The notes under the pieces are model-generated. The model made no database searches, was not told the origin of the DNA, and was given only the letters and a program-made list of their open reading frames with translations. From Candidatus Actinomarina sp. (GTDB taxonomy: Bacteria > Actinomycetota > Acidimicrobiia > Actinomarinales > Actinomarinaceae), in assembly GCA_038147085.1 (NCBI GenBank), contig JAYQSV010000001.1, positions 711,214-775,213 of the forward strand: 64,000 nucleotides of DNA, given 5' to 3'. The position numbers and the translations under genes were made by a program. Positions 56,911 to 64,000 of this stretch are shown piece by piece (positions within the stretch are counted from its first letter, which is position 1; each line of letters begins with the position of its first letter).

Positions 56911-58112
56911 CTATATTTATTAATTTCTCTTTTAGCTATTGATCTTAAATGAACTTCGTCTGGTCCATCTGCGATTCTTAGAACTCTTGCACCAGCTGAC
57001 ATTCTAGCAAGTGGAGTATCCTGTGAAACTCCCATTGCGCCGTGTGCTTGAATTGCTTTATCAATTACATATGAAGCTGCTTCTACTACTGCAACTTTAA
57101 TAGCTGAAATTTCAATTTTTGCTTGTTCTTTCCCAACAGTATCAATTAACCACGCAGTTTTTAAAGTTAGCAACCTTGCTTGCTCTATTTTTATTCTTGA
57201 TTTTGCTATCCAATTTTGAACAACACCTTGCTCTGATATCTTTGAACCAAAGGTTTCTCTGTTCTCAACTCTTTGAATCATAAGTTTTAAAGCTCTCTCT
57301 GCCATACCAATAGCTCTCATGCAGTGATGAATTCTGCCAGGACCAAGTCTTGCTTGTGCTATTTTAAAACCCATTCCTTCAGATCCAATGATATTAGATT
57401 TAGGAACAACTACATTATCAAAAAGTATTTCTGGATGTCCAGTGTACCCATCGTCATAACCAAACACTGTCATTGGTCTTTTGATAGTAATTCCCTTACT
57501 CGACATAGGAACAAGAACTTGACTTTGTCTAGTATGTGGAGGGTTTTCAGGATTTGTTACGCCCATGAATATGCAAATTTTTGCATTTGGATTAATAGCA
57601 TTAGAAGTCCACCATTTTTTTCCGTTTATAACATAATTATCACCATCAGATTTGATTGAACTTGAAATATTTGTTGCATCAGACGAAGCTACGTCAGGTT
57701 CAGTCATTGCAAAACATGATCTTATTTCTCCATTAAGCAAAGGTATTAACCATTCCTCAATCTGCTCTTGAGTACCAAATTCAGCTAATATTTCCATATT
57801 TCCGGTATCTGGAGCAGAACAATTAAAAACTTCAGAAGCCCACCAAACTTGTCCCATCTTCTCCGCTAGAGGTGCATAATCAACATTGGAAAGACCTGGG
57901 CCAAATTTTTTGTCAGGAAGAAATAAATTCCACAGTTTTTGTTTTTTTGCTTCATTTTTTAAATCCTCCAATATTGGGGGGATATATAGTGAATTTCCAG
58001 ATTCAATAATTTGTTTATCATATTCAATTTCATTAGGAAAAATATAATCTTCAAAAAATTGATTTAATCTGTTTTGTAAATCTAAAGACGTTTTTGAAAA
58101 ATTGAAATCCAT
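56907..58112 (-). CDS. acyl-CoA dehydrogenase, ACAD10/ACAD11 (FadE2/LvaC)-like subfamily
   Basis: CFAMTEPDVASSDA and ARLGPGRIHHCMRAIG, the latter typical of the ACAD10/11 branch, as I recall it. Confidence 0.85.
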   Translation of the reverse strand: MDFNFSKTSLDLQNRLNQFFEDYIFPNEIEYDKQIIESGNSLYIPPILEDLKNEAKKQKLWNLFLPDKKFGPGLSNVDYAPLAEKMGQVWWASEVFNCSAPDTGNMEILAEFGTQEQIEEWLIPLLNGEIRSCFAMTEPDVASSDATNISSSIKSDGDNYVINGKKWWTSNAINPNAKICIFMGVTNPENPPHTRQSQVLVPMSSKGITIKRPMTVFGYDDGYTGHPEILFDNVVVPKSNIIGSEGMGFKIAQARLGPGRIHHCMRAIGMAERALKLMIQRVENRETFGSKISEQGVVQNWIAKSRIKIEQARLLTLKTAWLIDTVGKEQAKIEISAIKVAVVEAASYVIDKAIQAHGAMGVSQDTPLARMSAGARVLRIADGPDEVHLRSIAKREINKYR

Positions 58113-58170
58113 TATTCAATTCTATCAATTTACTTGAGTGGTTGAAAAATTTTTCTTAAGATATTTATAA

Positions 58171-59187
58171 ATGAATTATTTCACAGAAACTTTAAGAGAT
58201 TTTATTTCATCAAATATTAATATCAGCAATAAATTTGATTTTGAACAATTTAAAGTTGGAAGGTCAAATATTACATATAAAATTTTCGACGATAGTAATT
58301 CTTATGTTTTGAGACGTCCTCCTTTTGGAAATATTTTAGAATCTGCTCATAACATGCAAAGAGAATTTCACATAATATCAGAATTAGCAAAAACAAATAT
58401 TCCTGTTGCAAAACCTATTTTCTTTACAAATAAAAATTCATACACGGATTCAGACTTTTATATTATGGAGTTTATAGATGGAGAAACTATTGCAAATAAT
58501 CTTGTAGCAAATAAATTTAATTCGAAAGATAAAGTGAAAATTTCTTCATCATTTATACAAACTTTGGCTCAATTACACAATTTTAATTTTCAAGAATCAG
58601 AATTGAAAAATTTAGGTAAGCATGAAAACTATATTGAACGACAACTGTCACGGTGGAGTAAGCAACTTGAAGCACAAAAGGTAAGAGAAATTAAGGATTT
58701 AAATCTTGCTACAAAAATGCTTTTTGAGAAAATACCAATTCAGTTAAAAACATCTATTGTACATGGAGATTACAGACTTGATAATGTTAGAGTGTCCGAC
58801 AATTTAGTAGCAGCAATTTTAGATTGGGAACTATGCACAATTGGTGATCCCCTTGCAGATTTAGGAACTGTTATTGCTTCATGGAGTAATTTAGAGGAAA
58901 TTGATACTCCTTTTACTAATGCCCCAACTCTTTCTAGTGGATTTGCAGATAGAAAATCACTTTTAGAGGAGTATGAAAAGCTTACAAATACAGACTTAAG
59001 TAACATTGAATATTATATTCGACTATCTTTTTGGAAACATGCAATGATTATGGAGGGTGTCTACGTAAGATACTCACTTGGTTATTATGGAGAAGTAGAT
59101 AAAAAAGAAGTTGAAGCATTTGGAAACAGTACTTTGATGTTTGCTAAAAAAGCTTCGAATCCAAATCTTTTAAAGGAGATATTATGA
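58171..59187 (+). CDS. aminoglycoside-phosphotransferase-fold kinase (APH/ACAD10 N-domain/LvaA-like)
   Basis: YVLRRPP, HGDYRLDNV catalytic loop, and ILDWELCTIGDPLADL. Confidence 0.85.
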   Translation: MNYFTETLRDFISSNINISNKFDFEQFKVGRSNITYKIFDDSNSYVLRRPPFGNILESAHNMQREFHIISELAKTNIPVAKPIFFTNKNSYTDSDFYIMEFIDGETIANNLVANKFNSKDKVKISSSFIQTLAQLHNFNFQESELKNLGKHENYIERQLSRWSKQLEAQKVREIKDLNLATKMLFEKIPIQLKTSIVHGDYRLDNVRVSDNLVAAILDWELCTIGDPLADLGTVIASWSNLEEIDTPFTNAPTLSSGFADRKSLLEEYEKLTNTDLSNIEYYIRLSFWKHAMIMEGVYVRYSLGYYGEVDKKEVEAFGNSTLMFAKKASNPNLLKEIL

Positions 59188-59645
59188 ATATTGTTCCAGC
59201 AAATGAACTTGAAAAATATATAGGTCAAGAAACAGGGGTTTCAAACTGGATAGAAATAACTCAAGAAAGAATTAATCAGTTTGCCGAAGCCACAAATGAT
59301 CATCAATTTATTCATGTTGATGAAGAAATGGCAAAAGCAACTCCTTGGGGAACTACTATTGCACATGGATATTTAACTTTAAGCTTAGTTTCATTTATGT
59401 CTGCAGAAGTTGGATTTATGCCAGAAAATGTTCAGATGGCAGTAAATTATGGTGTAGACAAAGTTCGTTTTATGGAAGCAGTTCCTGTTAATAGTAAAAT
59501 TCGAGGAAGGTTTGTTTTGTCAGATGTACAGTACAAAAGAAACGGGCGTTGGTTGTTAAAATCTACTATAACAATAGAAATAGAAGGAAAAGAAAAACCA
59601 GCTGCTGTAGTTGAAGCATTAAGCCTTTATATAGTAAAAGAATAG
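59184..59645 (+). CDS. MaoC-like (R)-specific enoyl-CoA hydratase
   Basis: Hot-dog fold pattern [19 protein letters not shown]....IAHGYLTLS. Confidence 0.85.
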   Translation: MNIVPANELEKYIGQETGVSNWIEITQERINQFAEATNDHQFIHVDEEMAKATPWGTTIAHGYLTLSLVSFMSAEVGFMPENVQMAVNYGVDKVRFMEAVPVNSKIRGRFVLSDVQYKRNGRWLLKSTITIEIEGKEKPAAVVEALSLYIVKE

Positions 59646-59655
59646 TGAGGAAAAT

Positions 59656-60834
59656 ATGAGAGAAGCAGTAATTGTATCAGCAGCGAGAACTCCAATTGGT
59701 AAAGCTTACAGAGGTGCATATAACAAAACAGCTGCACCAACATTAGCTTCATATTCAATTAATGAAGCAGTAAAGAGAGCTGGAATAGATCCAGCTGAAA
59801 TAGATGATGTAGTTTTAGGCTGTGCTCAACAACAGGGATCTCAAGCTTTAAATATTGGTAGATTAGCTGGAATTGCTGCAGGCTTACCACAAACTGTTTC
59901 AGGTATGACTATTGATAGACAATGTTCATCTGGTATGATGGCAATCGCTACTGCTTCAAAACAAATAATCACAGATAATATGGATGTTGTTGTTGCTGGT
60001 GGAGTTGAATCAATTTCTCTAGTTCAAACTGCTGAGATGAGATTAGAAATTGATCCAAAAGTAAGCTCTAATGCTAAACATGCTTATATGCCTATGATTG
60101 AAACTGCTGATTTAGTAGCTTCTAAATATAACGTTACTAGAGAAAGTCAGGATGAATACTCATTACAAAGCCAGCTTAGAACAGCTGCAGCACAGGAATC
60201 AGGAATATTTAAAGATGAAATAATTCCAACAACTACAACTAAATTAGTCAAAGATAAATCAACTGGAGAGATTACTGAACAAGAAGTTACTTTAGAAAAA
60301 GATGAAGGTAATAGACCAGAAACTAACTTAGAAGGTTTATCGACTTTAGTACCTGTATATGGAGAAGGTAAGTTCATCACTGCAGGAAATGCTTCTCAAT
60401 TGTCTGATGGATCAGCAGCAGTTGTTGTAATGGAATCTAAAGTTGCTGAAAAGAAAGGATTAACTCCACTTGGTTACTACAGAGGAATGGCAGTAGCTGG
60501 GCTTGCTCCAGAAGAAATGGGCATAGGTCCAATTTATGCTGTTCCAAAATTATTAGAGAGATTTAATTTAACTATTGACGACATTGGTCTCTGGGAACTA
60601 AACGAAGCTTTTGCGGTGCAAGCTTTATACTGTAGAGATTATTTAGGAATTGATAACGAAATATACAATGTAAATGGTGGATCAATATCTATTGGCCATC
60701 CTTATGGTATGACTGGTGCAAGAATGACTATGCATGCACTTATGGAGGGTAAGCGTAGAGGAGCTAAATATGTTGTTGTTACAATGTGTGTTGGTGGCGG
60801 AATGGGAGCAGCCGGCCTTTTTGAGGTTATTTAA
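59656..60834 (+). CDS. acetyl-CoA C-acyltransferase (thiolase)
   Basis: DRQCSSGM active-site Cys, [15 protein letters not shown], and CVGGGMG. Confidence 0.94.
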   Translation: MREAVIVSAARTPIGKAYRGAYNKTAAPTLASYSINEAVKRAGIDPAEIDDVVLGCAQQQGSQALNIGRLAGIAAGLPQTVSGMTIDRQCSSGMMAIATASKQIITDNMDVVVAGGVESISLVQTAEMRLEIDPKVSSNAKHAYMPMIETADLVASKYNVTRESQDEYSLQSQLRTAAAQESGIFKDEIIPTTTTKLVKDKSTGEITEQEVTLEKDEGNRPETNLEGLSTLVPVYGEGKFITAGNASQLSDGSAAVVVMESKVAEKKGLTPLGYYRGMAVAGLAPEEMGIGPIYAVPKLLERFNLTIDDIGLWELNEAFAVQALYCRDYLGIDNEIYNVNGGSISIGHPYGMTGARMTMHALMEGKRRGAKYVVVTMCVGGGMGAAGLFEVI

Positions 60835-60885
60835 TTTACACTTATTGTTTAATGTTTGCTGCTTTAGTAATTTGGGAATAGCTAA

Positions 60886-61857
60886 ATGAAAGCAGTTCTA
60901 TGTACGGAATTAGGTGAACCTAAACTTTTAGAAATCAAAGAGTACAACAAACCAAGTATTTCTGAAAATGAAGTACTAATAAAAGTTGAGGCAGCAGGAG
61001 TAAATTTTCCAGATGCGCTTCTAGTTCAAGGTAAATATCAAATTGTTATGGAGCCACCATTTATACCCGGAAATGAAGTTTGTGGTTATATTGAAGAAAT
61101 AGGTGAAAACGTCAAGCTACCTGTTGGCACAAAAGTAATTGGTATTCCGCCAATAGGCGGTTTTGCGGAGTATGTGTCCATAAATAAAAATTTAGTAATA
61201 CCAGTTAACAAAGAGTTTGATGCTCTTGCTGGCGCAAGTCTACCAATTAATTATGGAACTGCTTATTATGCACTTAAAAGAAGAGCAGCAGCTAAAAGTG
61301 GTGAAATACTATTAGTACTTGGTGCTTCTGGTGGAATAGGTACTGCTTCTATTCAATTGGCTAAAATTATGGGTTTAAAAATTATTTCTGCAGTAGGTTC
61401 AGAAGAAAAAGCAGACTATGTTAAGAGCCTTGGAAGTGATGAAATAATCAGATATGACCAAGTTGATTTAAAGGAAGCAGTTAAAGATTTAACAGATGGT
61501 AAAGGTGTTGATATAGTTATAGACCCAGTTGGTGGAAGTGCTACAGAACAAGCTTTAAGAGCTACAGCATTTAATGGACGACTTTTAGTAATAGGATTTG
61601 CAAATGGAGAAATACCAAAAGTTTCTTTAAATTTAACATTGGTAAAAGGTGTTTCAATAGTTGGTGTTTGGTGGGGACGTTGGACTAATACATCTCCTCA
61701 TGAAACAGCAGAAGATTTTCAAGAATTAGTCAGTTATGTTAACGAGGGAAAATTAAATATTGTTCCAAAAAATATTTTTAAATTAGAAGAAACATATTTA
61801 GCACTTGAAAACTTTCTATCCAGGAAAAATATAGGTAAATCAGTTATAAAGCTTTAA
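60886..61857 (+). CDS. NADPH:quinone oxidoreductase / zeta-crystallin-type MDR
   Basis: GVNFPD, GNEVCG, and LGASGGIGTA nucleotide motif. Confidence 0.85.
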   Translation: MKAVLCTELGEPKLLEIKEYNKPSISENEVLIKVEAAGVNFPDALLVQGKYQIVMEPPFIPGNEVCGYIEEIGENVKLPVGTKVIGIPPIGGFAEYVSINKNLVIPVNKEFDALAGASLPINYGTAYYALKRRAAAKSGEILLVLGASGGIGTASIQLAKIMGLKIISAVGSEEKADYVKSLGSDEIIRYDQVDLKEAVKDLTDGKGVDIVIDPVGGSATEQALRATAFNGRLLVIGFANGEIPKVSLNLTLVKGVSIVGVWWGRWTNTSPHETAEDFQELVSYVNEGKLNIVPKNIFKLEETYLALENFLSRKNIGKSVIKL

Positions 61858-62480
61858 TGTGAAGCAAAATAAGGATTTTCACCAGCAGCATGGTCTGTTG
61901 CATCAATTATATTTCCTATTTCAGGAACAGCTTGTCTTAGGGATGCTTCAATTCCCTGCGAAAGTGTAACTTGCGCCATACCACAACCTTGACAACCACC
62001 ACCAAGTCTTAAATAAATATCATTTCCTTCAACTCCGATTAATTGTGCAGCTCCACCATGTGATGCAATTGCAGGATTTATTTGATTCTCAAGAACAGCT
62101 TGAACTTTTTCTGCTAACTCTCCTTTTAATTCCGGCAAATCTGCAGGATTTCCTATCATTGCGGGACTAGGTGTATTTGGATTATCCATAGTTAGACCTG
62201 GAGCAAATTCATCATCTGACATGTCAAGGCTTGCGCCATCGAATTTATCAATATCCTTTGATGCTATAATTACAGGTAAATTTCCAAAATCTAGTCTTAA
62301 ATCGTCTGAACGTGCTTGATTTATATCTAAAAAACTTAAATCATATGTGAATTGGTTGCCATGAACTCCATCTATCTGTAAGAACAAAGCATATTCTTTG
62401 TCCCCGGGTTCTTTATCTCTTAACTCTATAATAGTTTTTACAGCTTCTTCACCAATTTTAAAATTATATTCTTCACTCAT
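61854..62480 (-). CDS. NfuA-like Fe-S cluster carrier (degenerate A-type domain plus Nfu domain)
   Basis: C-terminal GGCQGCGMAQVTL (CxxC Nfu motif) and an N-terminal IscA-like fold without Cys. Confidence 0.8.
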   Translation of the reverse strand: MSEEYNFKIGEEAVKTIIELRDKEPGDKEYALFLQIDGVHGNQFTYDLSFLDINQARSDDLRLDFGNLPVIIASKDIDKFDGASLDMSDDEFAPGLTMDNPNTPSPAMIGNPADLPELKGELAEKVQAVLENQINPAIASHGGAAQLIGVEGNDIYLRLGGGCQGCGMAQVTLSQGIEASLRQAVPEIGNIIDATDHAAGENPYFASH

Positions 62481-62553
62481 GTAAATTATCTTAACTGAAC
62501 TGTGTTTTGTGAGAAATGTATAGTGATAAATTGATTATTAAAATGAAAATATA

Positions 62554-63159
62554 ATGAAAATATTAATTTCAATTGGAGGAAATTGCTCTTCTAATATAAA
62601 ACAAAAATTTGAATATGAAAAAGTAATAGGTGTTGATAGCGGTGTCAAACACTTAAATAAATTTGCATTAACCCCTGATTTGATAATTGGAGACTTAGAT
62701 TCAATTGATAAAAAATTACTCACTAAATCAGCAAAAAAAAATATTGAAATAATTAAATATCCAAAAAATAAAGATCAAACTGATTTCGAAATCGCCCTGG
62801 ATTATGCTCAGAAACTTGAATTTGAATCAATAGATATAATTGGAGGTGAAAATGGTGAAATTGACCACTTGCTTTCCATATTTATGACTATTTCCATTAA
62901 TAAATGCTCTAATAAAATAACCTGGTTTTACGGAAAGCAAAAAATAGTATTTAATTCCAATTCAATTTCAATTAACTTAAACCAAATTTTTAGTTTAATT
63001 CCGTTATCAAATATTAAAAATTTAAATATTTCCGGAGCAAAGTGGAATCTTCAAAATAAAAATATTAACTTTGGTTCTACTAGTACGTTGAGAAATGAAT
63101 CAGTCGAAAAATTGATAAAAATTAGTTGCGATGAGGGAAACTACTGTATTATTTACTAA
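62554..63159 (+). CDS. thiamine pyrophosphokinase
   Basis: IGVDSG, IIGDLDSI, and KDQTDFEIAL motifs. Confidence 0.8.
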   Translation: MKILISIGGNCSSNIKQKFEYEKVIGVDSGVKHLNKFALTPDLIIGDLDSIDKKLLTKSAKKNIEIIKYPKNKDQTDFEIALDYAQKLEFESIDIIGGENGEIDHLLSIFMTISINKCSNKITWFYGKQKIVFNSNSISINLNQIFSLIPLSNIKNLNISGAKWNLQNKNINFGSTSTLRNESVEKLIKISCDEGNYCIIY

Positions 63160-64000
63160 TTAAGATCTAGGAATATCTTTCCAAGCCTTATCTTTATCAG
63201 ATTTAGGTTCGCTTGGTAAACCAAGTACTCGTTCTGCAATAATATTTCTCATAATCTCAGAAGTCCCACCTTCAATTGAGTTAGCTCTTGATCTTAAAAA
63301 CAAACTTTGTGTATCTGTAAATCCAAATGTTTCATTTTCAAAATTTAATTCTGGTTGAGATAATTCATATCCTCTTGGAAAAAGTAGTCCATCATTTCCT
63401 AACATTTCCATACCAAACTCATAAGATGCTTTGTTAATTTCAGCTTCATAAAGTTTACTGGTCGATCCTTCTGGTCCTGGTATTCCTTTTTCCCTAAGTT
63501 CTGTAGCACGCATATTAGTTAATCGAACTGCTTCTTGCTCTATCCACAAACTAACAAGCTTATCTTTAGTAACTGGATCGGAAAGTTTTAAATCGTTCCA
63601 TAATTGAACTAAATGACCTGGTGCACCACTTCCACGTTCTCTTACATTACCACCAATTGCTACCCTTTCATTCATTAAAATTGCTAAAGAAACTCTCCAA
63701 CCATCGCCTAAGCTTCCTAACATATTTTCTTTTGGAATTTTAACATCAGTAAAGTAAACTTCATTAAATTCTGCTTCTCCAGTTATTTGTCTTAATGGGC
63801 GAACATCAACTCCGTCAGATTCCATATCAACAATAAAAAATGTTAATCCCCTATGCTTTGGAACATTTGGATCTGTTCTAGTAACAATTAAACCCCATTT
63901 TGCTAAGTGACCTAAAGTTGTCCACACTTTTTGTCCGTTGACAATATAACCATCTCCGTCATCAACTGCTTTTGTTGACAAACTTGCTAAATCTGATCCA
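63160..64000 (-). CDS. acyl-CoA dehydrogenase, C-terminal two thirds (gene runs off the window end)
   Basis: GYIVNGQKVWTT, and C-terminal IEGGTSEIMRNIIAERVLGLP. The reading frame is still open at 64000. Confidence 0.88.
   Translation of the reverse strand, partial: GSDLASLSTKAVDDGDGYIVNGQKVWTTLGHLAKWGLIVTRTDPNVPKHRGLTFFIVDMESDGVDVRPLRQITGEAEFNEVYFTDVKIPKENMLGSLGDGWRVSLAILMNERVAIGGNVRERGSGAPGHLVQLWNDLKLSDPVTKDKLVSLWIEQEAVRLTNMRATELREKGIPGPEGSTSKLYEAEINKASYEFGMEMLGNDGLLFPRGYELSQPELNFENETFGFTDTQSLFLRSRANSIEGGTSEIMRNIIAERVLGLPSEPKSDKDKAWKDIPRS

Noticed and set aside
1-64000. Search for tRNA, rRNA, CRISPR arrays, IS elements or long tandem repeats.
   Set aside because: Non-coding gaps are all 210 nt or shorter. 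None shows cloverleaf-like GC-rich arms, repeat-spacer periodicity or terminal inverted repeats, so none are reported.

Overview
AT-rich (about 30-33% GC by eye), very compact bacterial chromosome segment. It is roughly 95% coding with about 80 genes, many joined by 1-8 nt ATGA / TAATG / ATGAATAA overlaps. I found no rRNA, tRNA, CRISPR array, IS element or integrase-bounded island. The gene order matches the conserved actinobacterial backbone: pnp-rpsO-ribF-truB-nrnA-rbfA-infB-nusA-rimP-proS-ispG-rseP-cdsA-frr-pyrH-tsf-rpsB-xerC, then rnhB-lepB-rplS-trmD, rimM-KH-rpsP, smc-mutM-rnc-plsX-rpmF-yceD-coaD-rsmD-recG-rpmB, and ddl. Together with deazaflavin (FO/F420) genes and myo-inositol-1-phosphate synthase, this suggests a genome-streamlined low-GC actinobacterium, possibly Ca. 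Actinomarinales-like. That assignment is inference, not verified. The window is mostly housekeeping genes (translation, nucleoside salvage, beta-oxidation), but several loci deserve a second look. (1) A tightly coupled five-gene operon contains a MurF-like ligase whose UDP-binding N-domain is replaced by about 5 transmembrane helices, next to ddl. (2) A small cassette encodes a Rad52/Sak-like annealing protein and an unknown partner, wedged between gdh and dtd. (3) The syntenic SMC is only 881 aa and has no recognisable hinge. (4) A GAPDH paralog lacks the catalytic Cys and Arg231. (5) lepB encodes its catalytic Ser and TM anchor upstream of the first ATG/GTG/TTG, in frame with the rplS stop. 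(6) deoB is frameshifted in a T4 run. (7) An inverted-topology photolyase with Fe-S-type cysteines is co-transcribed with rpmB and a deazaflavin-dependent reductase. (8) Split FO synthase genes sit inside the rimM-trmD ribosomal operon, and CofH carries a 200+ aa extra N-terminal domain. All functional calls rest on motif recognition by eye; no database search was run.
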